The position numbers and the translations under genes were made by a program. The notes under the pieces are model-generated. The model worked only from the letters and a program-made list of their open reading frames with translations. It was not told the origin of the DNA and made no database searches. Source: Eledone cirrhosa (taxonomy: Eukaryota). From it: DNA of 64,000 nucleotides. This document shows, in pieces, positions 40,234 to 53,875 of this stretch (position 1 is its first letter; each line of letters starts with the position of its first letter). The stretch is taken from positions 361,584,001 to 361,648,000 of the forward strand of contig OZ024743.1 in the NCBI GenBank assembly GCA_964016885.1. Reading direction: 5' to 3'.

Positions 40234-40908
40234 TTTCTTCTTCTTCGCCCACTTAAGGGTCGTAGAGACAGAGTTCTCAAACACTCTTTCCAGCGGGTAC
40301 TGTCACAAGCAGCCGTCTCCAACTGGTCCGGCTCGATCCGCAAGCGTGACCAGCTATCCGTGTGAATGTTATCTAGCCCTGTTGCTCGGGGTCTATCCCT
40401 GGGTCTCCTACCTATTGGTTGCGCCCACAAAATCTGTCCAGCAATTCTTTCCCTAGACATTCTAACGACATGCCCAAAGTATCGGAGCTGTGATCCCTCA
40501 ATTCGAAGAAGTAGCGGCTCTACCTGGAGTGACTATGTGATCTCCGGGTTGCGCACTTTATCGAGTAACGTTACTCCAAAGACCCTTCGGATGAATCCCA
40601 TTTCGGCTGCTTGTATTCGCGATCGTATTCTTTCGGTCATTACCCAAGATTCATGACCATAGGTAAGGGTTGGCACGAAAACCGAATTGAGTTTAGTGAG
40701 TTTGGCTTATACGCCTACATCCAATTTTCTGATTAATGAATGGTGAAGCTGGAGCATTTCTGCACCAGCTTTTGCAATTCTTGCACTTAAATCAGCCTCC
40801 TGCCTTCCATCACTTGTGAACACGGCCCCGAGGTACTTGAACTTCTCTATCTGCTTCAGTGAAACTCCATTCAGATGTTGAATGCATGGCACAGGCTTCC
40901 TTGAAAGG
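40234..40908 (-). mobile_element. RTE LINE 3' fragment with short (GAA)n tail
   Basis: LKQIEKFKYLGAVFTSDGR, PTLTYGHESW, RIQAAEMGF, QLRYFGHVVRM, GRRPRDRPR. Confidence 0.9.
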
Positions 40909-41059
40909 CTATATAATGTGATGCATGACGCTGCATCACATTATATAGCCCGCAAAATATTAATAACTGTATGACTGATTTTTGTCTCTCCTATAACCAA
41001 ATGCTCACCAAGCCATAGATTATGCTGATGTTGTCGGTGTTAGACGACTGAGCGTACAA

Positions 41060-41215
41060 AATTCACTTTTAGACGGGATACCAGTCCATCACAGTCTTAG
41101 ACCTTAGTTGCAACTGTAGCTGGTATTTAATTATTTCAGCCGGGCATTGAATCGAAACCACGACCTTGTGATCGCAAGCCCAACACTCTAACCACTATAC
41201 TGTGCACTTCCACAA
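41060..41215 (-). mobile_element. Degenerate tRNA-derived SINE
   Basis: Minus strand tagtggttagagtgttgggcttgcgatcacaaggtcgtggtttcgattc (A and B boxes). Confidence 0.6.
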
Positions 41216-41499
41216 TAAATAGAACCAACATTACTATCAGTAGAAGATCAACATTTTATATTGCAGCAGTCACGTATAATTAAGAAGATTCTTGACAAGA
41301 CGGTAATTAACCACTTGAGAGCTGGAATTTTAATGTAGTTTTATGTAACTTAGTATTATATCAATTCTAGTTTGACCATCAGGTTATCACTAAATAATAC
41401 AGTTTGTAATTATTCCTATTTAACATAGAGTATTGATTAAATACAGCGTTGATTATTATATGAATTGTTGTCAAGGTGAAGATTCAAAAGTAAGGAACT

Positions 41500-41760
41500 T
41501 GCTTTCGTAACAAGAAAAAAGCTCATGTGTACTCCACACCCTTAGGTCAGGAATAACCAGACACTTTGTAGATGAAAAGCAATCACTCATGCATGTCAAT
41601 TTGCCACTCCACGCCACCGATGTTGTCTGTGGTAGACAAGGACATATCTCTCTGTCATTGGCATGGAACACTTACATGTCGCAGAGTTAACCACGAGCAT
41701 CTGTATTATTTCCATCTGAGAAGACTGAAGCAACGTGAACTAAATTTTCTTGCTCAAGTA
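41500..41760 (-). mobile_element. Probable SINE body fragment
   Basis: Minus strand cttgagcaagaaaatttagttcacgttgcttcagtc resembles the CORE-like body at 49360-49390. Confidence 0.4.
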
Positions 41761-42149
41761 GTAATTATTTGAAACAAATTTATCTGGCATCTCTAAATGA
41801 TTTAGAATCGAGGAATTATATTCCAGTCCAGTGCCGTGTTGTTAACGATCGTGTGAAATTATTACGGAACGATGAACGCGTGACAATATAAAGACACTGC
41901 ATCATTGCCATGCTATGATATAACCACGTTGACATAAATTTCGAGTAGTTGGGCTAATCCGTCACGAAGCAATTAGATTCATTTAGGGGTAACCTTTCCT
42001 TTGCAAGTAATCTGATCAGATTTTCGATTAGAGGTTAGACTTTGCCATTCTTCTTCTAATCAATCTCGGAAATCCTGTAATTATATAAGCGCTGCCCTTC
42101 AAGTTTCAACGAAATTATAAAAGAAAGTAGTACAAGCATCTCTGAGAAA

Positions 42150-42150
<1 letters not shown>

Positions 42151-42180
<30 letters not shown>

Positions 42181-43355
42181 CTTCTTCTTCTTCTTCTTCT
42201 TCTTCTTCTTCTTCTTCTCCCACTTATTCCTGAGAGAATTGTGGTATCAGAGTCCTCAAACGCTCCTTCCAGCGAGTCATGTGAGAAGATAACCTTCTCC
42301 AAATGGACCAGCTGGATCCTCAAGCATGTCCAGCAGAGCTCATGGATGTTATCGAACTATCTAACTCGGGGTCTACGTCTGGGTCTCCTGGCGGTTGAGT
42401 TTGCCCGTAAAATATGACTAGTTATTCTTTCGTGGGACCATCTAACCACATGTCCATAATATTGGAGCTGCGATCTCTCAATTTGGAATAGTAGCGGCTC
42501 TACATTGAACGAATCTTAGATCTCCGATCTATACACTCTATCGAATAGCGCTATTCCAAAGCACTTCGGAAGAACCCCATTTCAGCCGCTTGTAATCATG
42601 ACCGTATTCTTTCGGTCATTGTCCAAGTTTCATTACCTTAGGTAAGGATTGGCACTAATACTGTGTTGAAAATAGAAAGTTTGGCTTTTACACATACCTC
42701 CCTACGTTTCATTACCGAATGCTGTAGAGGGCAAATTTCTGCACAAACTCCTACGATTCGTACACTTAATTCAACTTCCATCCTTCCATTACTCGTAGAC
42801 ACGGCCCCGAGATACTTGACATTCCTCACCTGCTTCAGTGGTAATCCGTTTACACGTGGAGTGCACTGTACAGGCTTCCTTGAGAGGTCGAGTGTCTGAA
42901 TTTTTGCAGCACTGATTTTCATTTCAGCCATACATTACTCGCCTTCAAACCTATCAAGTGCAAGACGGAGATCACTTTCTGTCGAGTTAAGTAATACCAT
43001 GTCGTCTGCAAAATCTATCAGTCCCATACTCATGCAAACCTTCCACAGCAGGTCCCGTGGAACGTGACCATATACTTTTTCTAGATCTACAAAGTAAGAA
43101 TACACCTCTTGGCAGTACTCCCAGGATTTCTCAAACCAGCCCCATTTTGAATATTTGGTCGGCTCTGCTGCGACTGGAATGGAAACCACACCAATCTGTA
43201 CACCAGCTATCTTGGATTCGACAATCTCCCTACACCTCTTTGCTAGATACTTAGCCGAGACATTACCGGGGACGCTTAACAAGGGGACACCTCTATAATT
43301 GGATAAATCACTCTTGTCTCCATTTTTTGAAAATAGGGATTATCATTCCCGATTG
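42151..43355 (-). mobile_element. RTE LINE 3' part with (GAA)n tail of about 22 units and an internal RT deletion
   Basis: IIIPIFK, YFVDLEKVY, FADDMVLL, VKYLGAV, VPILT; the segment between RT motifs A and C is missing. Confidence 0.9.
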
Positions 43356-45916
43356 CCATTACTTAAGTACCTTTACTCCGACCAATGAAGACAGCCTATG
43401 CTACAATGCCATAATATACTACCGGATACAATCATATTTTGCGATCCTGTTATGTTCATATGATTGCTTTTCACCATTTGATATATCGCAGAAAAAACTA
43501 GCCATGCTACCAGCAAGAAATCCCCATGAAACCTCATGGTAATGACACCCTGCGTCGAAAAATGTAAGGAAACATTCGAAACATTATTATTAGATACAAA
43601 TATAGACTGGTCTCTCACTGGGCAATTTTTATCATAGTTCTGCTTGTCCAGGATTGGTCATGTGGTTATACGATAAAACAACATCGTTTGGAGCCTTGGT
43701 GGTCTTGAAACGTAATCCATTAGATTTCAACCCATTAAAGCAATAATTTTGTTATTTCGGCAACCCCTTGAACAGGATCTAAGAATATACCGTTCTTATG
43801 TTGTACTACAATCGAAATACGAACTCGTATATCAAAAGATATTTAACCCATCCGAATAAGATCCAATTTACCTTTATAAATGTGACGTTTTATCCTTGTA
43901 AATATTTATAGACATTGTAACATAACATGAACAATGCCGATACGAAAATTCGCTAAATACGGGTATATAATATATTCACTAACATTATGATCAATTCAGA
44001 GCATTATCCCAATCAAGATTTACTACATGGAGCGAATATCTGACTTAATGAATAAGACTTTCTATATAAATAGAAAGAATTATAATCAGATTTATATTAT
44101 GATTATTATTGAACTAATTAACTGGACTTCAGGCTTAACAACCAAATATAACTTCACTTTAGATGGTTAAGGACAATGAAGGGGACATTCTGAAATTTCT
44201 TTTTTCGATGCGTTAGCGCTATTCAGAAAGGTATATATTGATTTGTAAGGTAAAAATTTCTTATTGTGTTTCTGGATAAAGTATCAAAACATCCAGAAAT
44301 TTTCGATCAAATCATAAGCTATGAATTTTGTTTTCCATTCGTATTCACTCACACATGAATTTCATATTCGGTTAGACACTGATATTAAGAATCAGACATG
44401 ACAGCGATTCGTAACAGATGATAAATCCTCGAGACTTTTATCTCATTTTATTCAATGTGTATCGATTTGCTAAGCGTTGTAAACTTTTAAATTTTCTTTT
44501 TGTAACTAGAAGTCTAATCTGATTTATCGAAAGACAAATTGTTCGATTTTCATACTGATACAATGTATTTGTAATATACGTGTTTCGGCTTCAGGCTAGA
44601 GCTGTGCAACATGGAAATATTTTCACATTTTTATAAAATAGGAAAAGTCGATTTATTTGACTCCGTGATATGAACAGCCCATATTAAACCTTCAAATATA
44701 AATGGCAAAGTCAGTGTTGGTATTTGACTCAATAACGTAAAGCTTTGAAGTCGGTAACATAAGGGACCTAGCGTAACTCCGTTATCTCTATGACAATATA
44801 TATATATATACCTGCTCTTTCTTTGTGATCCACTTATGGGGAAATATAAACCTATGCACATAAAATGTTCAATTAGATCATTGACAAAGATGCGAAGCAG
44901 AAAAGCAATTCATCTGGTATTCATAGTTTGTGTATTCAAGATATAGGAAAATTGAAACGAAGATATATTAGGCAGTAAAAATATATAACTTATGTAAACC
45001 GAATAGCCAGTATATCTATTCAAATTACGCACGCTATCGCCACACATGCCGCCTATATATTTTGAATATACATGTGAATATAACAATATCTTCGATATTC
45101 ATGCATTAACTGCCACAATCTAAATGTCAAATAATTGTTTACTTTATCTGAATTGGGATTATAGTGAAGTGGAACTGAAATGTCAAACAATTAAACTGTG
45201 TCTTTCATGATTTCATATACATGTCCAGGGACAAGGCATTTTCATTAACATGGGGCAGTTATATAAATGGAATGGATGATAATTAGGTGATCAATGCAAG
45301 TATAAATAGTTATAGGTTATGATATTACAGAAATAAATGGATGGAGAGTTGGATGGTAATGTAATATGTTGCTTCCGTGACGGGTCCTACAAATAATGAT
45401 TGGTATATAATTTTACGAAGCAAAACATTGTATTGCAATTGTAAAAGTGTGCGGTGGGGGAGTAGCATCAGTAATATAATAACAAAAACAGTAAAATGCG
45501 TGTAGGTTTCGAAATGTGATGTCAAATAATTCTAAATTTTAGTATTTTATGTATAGTTTTTAGACATATTTTTCATATATTTTATCGAAGCACACTCGTA
45601 AATTTTTCTGCTCTTTCTGTTTAGTTATCGTCTCACACGTATGCTAATAACACTGCGGTTTTACAATCTGTTGCGCAACTTGCCATTACAAATGCGATAC
45701 CACCTTCATGTGCGAAATTGCATACTAGCAAGGTGACTGACGAGGTAGAGATGCAGCTGTCTATCCGTCTTATGTAACTGTTTTTCTGTGTGAATTACTT
45801 TAAGCTTATATTTACGAGTTTATTATTTACTCGTACATATTGACAACACGATGCGACATTCCTGGATAACTAAAACATGTTTATGTGCGTAACTTTATTT
45901 CCCTTCATTCTATGTC

Positions 45917-45921
45917 TTCTC

Positions 45922-45961
<40 letters not shown>

Positions 45962-45982
45962 AAGCTCTCTCTCTCTCTCAAG

Positions 45983-46022
<40 letters not shown>

Positions 46023-46075
46023 CTCTCTCTCCCTCTCTCTCTTTATCTCTCTCTACCTCAATCTCTCTCTTTCTC
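45917..46075. repeat. Degenerate (CT)n microsatellite
   Basis: Direct reading. Confidence 0.95.
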
Positions 46076-46742
46076 TGTGTGTTTTCACCTCTTCCACACT
46101 CTCCTTGTTCCTCTCACTATCATACTCTAGTCGTCTTCCTCTCCTCCCCAGTCTATCTCTTTGTCATTTTACTTTTATCTTTGGAATTCGGTAGAGAGCA
46201 GAACTTCTTTTATTACCCTCCACGATCCAGCCACAGATTATTGACGAAAGGAAAGAGTTGTTGCGTTACGCATTTTACATGCTAATTATGTTGTATAATT
46301 ATTTCTAGTCGTATTATATTTATGTATTTATATATTTTCATATTATGCATATATATATAAGTATGTCTTCCCTGTAAATGCTCAAGCTTGGCTCATCTTC
46401 TCTTTGATATAACATCAAACGTCACTGAAAAAAGAGGAGTACTACTACGTTCACTGGTATCCAGCAACGTGATGTACTGACACGGTGTACGGAAATTTGC
46501 ACCCTAAGGAGCTGTACGCCTACTGACGACGTCGTTCCTGTCAACTTACATAATGCAGTAGCTCATTTCTGCACATGGTAGTTCCATTCGGACAACCAGC
46601 GGCAGATCGGAAATCATAGAAACTGGAGCAGCATCAGTCCGGGTATCAGGAATTTCCTCCCCACATGAAATCCTCTTCCTCAGAGAGAAACATATATCGG
46701 TTGGGAATGTTTATGATATAGAATTATTAACACAACAGTTTG

Positions 46743-47571
<829 letters not shown>

Positions 47572-48222
47572 TTTTTCGGAATGTTTTTTTACTGTTGTTT
47601 CTTATAAACAAACATTCGTCTCATTCTGACGTCACCAGCCCTGTCTTTCCACATGTGCGTTTTATTTTTCATAATCACGCATGATGGTAAACTAGCCTGT
47701 TTTTAAATCCCTTTTTGGCATATTAACCAGTGAGAAATTTTGATTATCGAGTTGAGCTCTGCTGAGGATCGAATTCCAACCGTGACCATCTCCACTGAAA
47801 GTTTTCGTGAAATAGTCTTCAAGACTATACAGAGCATTTGTTGTTGTCCCAAATTGAAGGATGAGTATTTTAAACTTTATTTTATCATGAGTTAAGGCTC
47901 TATTGATTCTTCCCTGGATTTCACTAAATTCTGTTGGATGAATCTATATCCTGATTCTTTTTGAGTTGAGTTTGTATTATTTTTCCCACATCTTACGTTA
48001 ACTATTTTTCCCATTTTGACGCTATAGTCACTTATATATATTATGGAATACTGTTGGCTTTTTGCTACAATATTTTCTATACCTTTCATTTATATATTTT
48101 TCTATACCTTTCATTTATATATATATATCCGGATTACTCTTGAAACTACAACTGGAACCGTCGAGCAAATCCTACGTGAGCCGTCCATCTACCGTGTGTC
48201 ATATTACAAACAGTACGGAAAA

Positions 48223-48282
<60 letters not shown>

Positions 48283-48287
<5 letters not shown>

Positions 48288-48486
48288 AACGAGTAGGACC
48301 ACGACGGCTGAGCTCAAGCCGTTTCGACGGTTTATTCTGGACTAAATTTAGTCCAGAATTAGCCGTCAAAACTGCTTGAGCTCAGCCGTCGGGGTCCTAC
48401 TCGTTCCTATTACCCACTCTACTACCCTAAGTATTGAGTACTTTGGTGCATTATGGTCCATCTGGTTCCTTACCACATTTCCTTCG

Positions 48487-48489
<3 letters not shown>
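48283..48489. repeat. Fold-back cassette of the same pLTR family as 15210-15272: palindrome 48283-48410 plus tail, inside (TA)n
   Basis: Centre ggactaaa|tttagtcc; arms carry GAAA cggct..agccg TC ggggt; the tail also occurs inverted at 61707-61770. Confidence 0.92.
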
Positions 48490-48539
<50 letters not shown>

Positions 48540-48540
<1 letters not shown>

Positions 48541-49195
48541 CATTTCAGGTTATCAATAATGTAGTGATAATATATCGTTACGTTAGAGATGAACAGCGTA
48601 CGTGCAGGTTTGCTCAACGAGTATAAATTATATTCCGGAGAAATGTAGAAAGGATGAATATAAAATGAAAGTGCTTTTGTTAAAAAAGGAATCTATTAGG
48701 TATTGACATATGTTTCTGTAACAGACCGAATACCTATGTATCGCTGCTTGCGTAATCATATAATGTTAGCAAGTATTCGATAGCAAATGTATAATCAGTT
48801 GTCACTTCTTCAGAGATTTTGGATAAACTGGATAAAATCAGAAAAATTGAAGTATTTATATTAGTAAAAGAGGAAGGAACAGAGGGGATAGTATATGACA
48901 GATGGTAAAATAATTTACTGCTAAACAGTAAATTATTTTACCATCTGTCATATACTATCCCCTCTGTTCCTTCCTCTTTTACTAATATAAATACTTCAAT
49001 TTTTCTGATTTTATCCTTTTTATCCAAAATCTCTGAAGAAGTGACAACTGATTATACATTTGCTATCGAATACTTGCTAACATTATATGATTACGCAAGC
49101 AGCGATACATAGGTATTCGGTCTGTTACAGAAACATATGTCAATACCTAATAGATTCCTTTTTTAACAAAAGCACTTTCATTTTATATTCATCCT

Positions 49196-49200
<5 letters not shown>
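48540..49200. repeat. Fold-back cassette: tail 48540-48645, 275-bp arms 48646-48920 and 48926-49200, inside (TA)n
   Basis: 5-nt loop ctaaa; arms nearly identical. Confidence 0.95.
49028..49156 (+). ncRNA. Hammerhead motif with 90-nt stem II domain (mirror copy on the minus strand at about 48690-48818)
   Basis: CTGAAGA a gtgaca..tgttac a GAAAC atat GTC; stem I probably aatct/agatt across a bulge. Confidence 0.72.
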
Positions 49201-49280
<80 letters not shown>

Positions 49281-49283
<3 letters not shown>

Positions 49284-49392
49284 TGGCTGAGTGCTGACAG
49301 AACTGGATTAACAATCGTGAGGTTGTGAGTTCGATTCCTGGACCGGTGGTGCGTTATATCCTTGAGCAAGACACTCTATTTCATGTTGCCCC
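49281..49392 (+). mobile_element. tRNA-derived SINE head plus CORE-like start
   Basis: tggctgagtg A-box, gagttcgattcc B-box, then tccttgagcaagacact. Confidence 0.7.
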
Positions 49393-49555
49393 TTCTACCT
49401 GGAGTTGCGACCGATAGAGACTATTAGTAATTGGAATGAACATTGTTTCCTCGGTGCGATTTGACGAAAGTCGATCATCCCTATGTATATTATACTATAT
49501 ACAATGTACCATACTGTACTATATTATATTACATTATATTATATTATTATATAGT

Positions 49556-49631
49556 AACTTTGCCTTTCATCCTTACGGGGTCGATAAAATAAATTACCAC
49601 TAATGTACTGGGTAATTGCTGGCCTTGTGCC
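49556..49631 (+). mobile_element. Partial SINE of the 22862 family
   Basis: aactttgcctttcatccttacggggtcgataaaat..ggccttgtgcc. Confidence 0.8.
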
Positions 49632-50018
49632 ATCTTTTAATATACTATACTTCTTAGTTATGACCATTACTTTACCTAACTATATTTATCCTAGTTATTT
49701 CTGTATATTGTATATTTACTTATTTATATTCACCTAAAAATTCCATACAACACAACTCAACATTTAATTTTTACATTCCTTTTTAAACTTCGCTCCACCA
49801 TCTACATTCCACTATCAATATAACAATTCCTTTTTATGCATAGGTTCTTTATAGTAATTCAATTTTTAACACCATTCAACCATTACTTTCAACTAAAGTG
49901 AGTTATATTTCATCTTAACATCATATGGCAAAAAACCATTTGAGTGGTTTGTTCTTCAGCTACCTCCAAATAAGGTCATAGAACTCAATTTACTATTGAT
50001 TTTGAATAAAATTTTCAT

Positions 50019-50154
50019 TGCTTTTGACAATGGCTGATGATATACATGTAGGTAAATATATTCCTTATTTGATATTTTGTAACTAACCCTACATATATCG
50101 ATAACGAAATATGCGTACGATGTATTATTATCACCTAGAAACGATCGTAAAGCA
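50019..50154 (+). ncRNA. Degenerate hammerhead motif with extended stem II
   Basis: tgctt TTGACAA tggctgatgatatacat..atgtattattatcacc ta GAAAC gatc GTA aagca; two core substitutions. Confidence 0.45.
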
Positions 50155-50356
50155 GTGAAGTATATTTCTAATGACTTGAATTTTTATTTCATTGTTTTAA
50201 CTATTGCCAAAAATAATAACTGAACACACTCACTGTTTGGTTGGCTTTCTTTTTCGCTTTTTCATCTTTAATATCTCCACAGTTAATTCATTTGGCCATC
50301 AATGTTTATCACTGACTGACCAACGGTCAAAAATACATATATATATATATATATAT

Positions 50357-51085
50357 GGTTTAACAAATTCTTTCTTTGCACATCTGCAACATCATCAGTC
50401 GTACTATTATCATGTTTCCCCCTACTGTATTGTATTGTAATGTTTACGCCATTTTTATTAGATCTATTTATTTATTTTTGTCTCCGTCTCTGCGAAAGTG
50501 TTTGCGTGTGTGTATAGTGTTTGGTGTGTGGATTCGCGTTTGGGTGCATGTGTTTGGTTTTTGTATTCTATCTTTGTTTATTAGTGTGTGTATATATGTG
50601 TTTGTTGTTATTGTGCTTGTGTATATATATATTTATTTATTTAATTATATTTCTCTTAAGTCAGTATTGTTTGTTTGGGCATGGTTGTTGTTATTCCATT
50701 CATTTTTTTCTATTTAGCTTTGGCTTTCTAAGCTCTATTTCGTTCGCTTCTCTGATTTGCCTACCTGTTGGGTTATTTCTACGTTTAGATATTATTTTAA
50801 TATCTATGTTGTCTATGTTACCGTCATGTTGTTGTCTGGCGTGTTCGTATAGTACTGAACCGATTTTTTTTGTCATTTTAATTCCCCCCAGTGCTGGTCT
50901 ATTCTCTCTTCTATGCTTCGAGCTGTCTCACCTATGTACGTCGTTGTCATGTTTCTGCAGGTTCCCTCTGTACCTCTTATGCTATAGACTACATTTCTAG
51001 TTTTACAGTTTATCTGGGGGTTTACTTTACATATAACACATTACTTATTAGTACACTGGGTTTTCTTAAAGGGTTATGTTTACTT
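50357..51085 (-). mobile_element. Penelope-like GIY-YIG 3' fragment related to 29710-30621, with hammerhead-like motif at 50359-50405
   Basis: Minus strand NCKTRNVVYSIRGTEGTCRNMTTTYIGETARSIEERIDQHW; cga CTGATGA tg ttgca gatg tgcaa a GAAA gaattt; ends at (TA)n. Confidence 0.85.
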
Positions 51086-51094
51086 CATGACGAC

Positions 51095-52103
51095 CTTTGG
51101 TTTTATGGACCGAGATTGTCTGATGAAGATCTTACAGGCTTATGGAATCCCAAAGAAGATAGTGGACCTGATATCACTGCCCTACATTAATGCCATACCC
51201 CAAGTCATCACACCTAACTGGGTGTTGAAGTTCTGTGAGATACTGACTGGAGTGATCCAAGGCGATACATTGGCACCCTACATTTTTATCATCGCAGTAG
51301 ACTATTGTATTCACCTAGCACTGGTGAAACACCAGGACCGGGCTTCACCCTAACACAGGCTTATAGCAGGAGAGGTAAGGCTAAAAAGATATCGGATGTT
51401 GAATTTTCTGACAACATAGCTCTAGTGAAAAAGACAGTAAAGGGGGCAGGTGGAGACTGTGCTGATGAGTGTTGGCCTGAGAATGAATGAGAGCAAGACG
51501 ACGTATCTGGTGGAGAATATCAAGGAGCCAAAGAAGATCATGAATGTGGGCAGGAAACCACTAGAGTTGATTGTGGACCTTCTGTACCTGGGAGCAAAGA
51601 TCCGGAACATAAAGGAAGATGTAGTGGAGAGGGAGTGCAAAGACTAAGGGTCGTGCCACAGTTTGAGGTCTGTGTTGAAGTCGGACCTTCGTAAAGAACT
51701 GCAGATCTGTCCTTTCATCGCTGCACTGGAATCTGTGTTGCTGAATGTGGCTGTGACTTGGACACTTACCAAGAAACTCATTCATATAGTGGATGAGTGC
51801 TACACGAGGATGCTGAGGATGGCTCTGCACATTAGTCAGTATGCACTGAGGACGAAAAACTTAGACCTGTACGGGAACCTTCCAAACGTTAGCTCGAAAG
51901 AAGCGGAGAGGGTACTGAGGGTAGATGGACAGGCTCATCGGCATTGAGAGCTGATATTGTAATCAGTGTTCCTGTGGGAGGCCCTATATGGAATCTCTGG
52001 GAGAGGGAAACCGAGTATGACATGTTGATGCCCTAAGGACAGACACTAATCTCCGGGGACAGTTGGAGAGTACTTGTCCATGGACCTCGCGAATTTGCCC
52101 GTG
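51095..52103 (+). mobile_element. RTE-like LINE RT/3' fragment (second family), decayed
   Basis: KILQAYGIPKKIV, TGVIQGDTLAPYIFIIAVD, EFSDNIAL, GLRMNESKT, YLGA, ESVLL..TWTLTK..YTRMLRMAL. Confidence 0.85.
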
Positions 52104-52125
52104 ATATACATATATATATACACAC

Positions 52126-52189
<64 letters not shown>

Positions 52190-52779
52190 AATATAGATTC
52201 AGCGAGAATCGCATTTCGGCGGGTAGAAAAGGCGAAACGAAACACAAAACTCAGATATGATACTGGCAAGCGATCGATAGTTTAAAAACCAGAGCTAAAA
52301 AATATGTTAAGAGGCCATACAAAACTGAAATAGTGGTCAAGAAAGCATCAACCACCTAAGCCAAAAAGCAGATCAAGCTAAACAGGTCAAAACAAAATAA
52401 ATAAATGATTAAAAAAAAATGATAAAAAAAACATATATATATATATGTACACTAGTATTCCTGTCGCAACCTAACAACCACTACCTCCTCCATCATACCC
52501 AGCTATCCACAATGCTTAGCATTGATGTCTGGGTGACGTTCGGGGATGGATTGACATTACAATGACACCGAATTGGCTGGCCATCCTCGAACCAAATCTG
52601 CCTTCTATTTTCAATTCTCTGCCTGTGATCGCGTAATCCTGCTGTCTCCTATAATTAATTCTAAAATCAACACCTAATGTGGTTTCCTAAGCCTTGCATC
52701 ATGATCAGATGATTCAATTGAGCTATTGAAATATGTATAATATTTCCGTGGAATTCAAATTTAAAGAAAATATCCATAC

Positions 52780-52903
52780 ACTGTATGCTTAATTAAAAGC
52801 ATTTCGAAGACCTTACGCTATTGTTTAAGAGTAGTGACAGTCTCACTTACTTTAATTTTCAGCAAACAGCGGAGATAAAGCTCACAGAGCTCTATTTCGC
52901 ACT
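52780..52903 (-). repeat. Truncated copy of the pLTR-like unit at 15572-16180
   Basis: tgtatgcttaattaaaagcatttcgaagaccttacgctattg..ggagataaagctcacagagctctatttc. Confidence 0.8.
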
Positions 52904-53130
52904 TTATATACATATATAAAAGAAAATGAGGGGTTCTTCTAAAAAGATGTCCCACACGGGTGAAAGTATAAGGAAAATGAATTGAAAATGCAACTGGTGT
53001 ATTTTAACAATATTTATTTATTTACTTTAAGGGTTTCATAGTTCTCATGATTTTCAAGTAAAACTGAGATGGAGGGTTTGTGTTTCTATTGTGGTTTGTC
53101 TCGCATCATGTAAATATGTACATGCACATA

Positions 53131-53182
<52 letters not shown>

Positions 53183-53485
53183 AGTGTGTGTCTGTGTGTA
53201 TGTGTGTTTTCACTTATATATTGCTACCGCCTATATTTATATTTTTCTGTTTCTTTATTTCAAATAGACACTGGTCAAAGCCTCCAACGAGTTCCTAATT
53301 ATCTGGAGAGATCTCTTCGTGAATAAATACCTGCATTTGATGAATTATGATATATCTTGTCTATATTGTGTTTTTCTGTGCGACTGTCCATATATGTGTG
53401 GGTGTAGAAACACACACATACATACATATACATACATACACACACGCACACACATACACACACATTTATATATATATATATATGT

Positions 53486-53590
<105 letters not shown>

Positions 53591-53810
53591 GTAAAGGGAT
53601 AGATAATGCGAAAGAGATCAAATATGGGAATGAAGAGAAAAATATAGAAGAATAGAAGATTCTATAGAAATATGTGTATGTATGCATGATTGTGCGTGTG
53701 CGTGTATGTCTTTGTGTATCTATGTATGTGTGTATATATTATGTGTGTATATATGCATGATTGTGCGTGTGCGTGTATGTCTTTGTGTATATATGTATGT
53801 GTGTATATAT

Positions 53811-53875
<65 letters not shown>

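Noticed and set aside
46544-46690. Possible minus-strand host exon ending at a GTAAGT donor
   Set aside because: No recognisable protein in any frame and no convincing acceptor; needs RNA-seq
47762-47830. Additional hammerhead-like matches (also near 80-115, 44570-44600 and 54600-54640)
   Set aside because: Core or stems too degenerate to call
49281-49345. tRNA gene (also 41145-41210 and 22865-22950)
   Set aside because: A and B boxes are present, but there is no full cloverleaf and SINE body sequence follows
53675-53818. 72-bp tandem duplication
   Set aside because: Ordinary slippage within TG/TA low-complexity sequence
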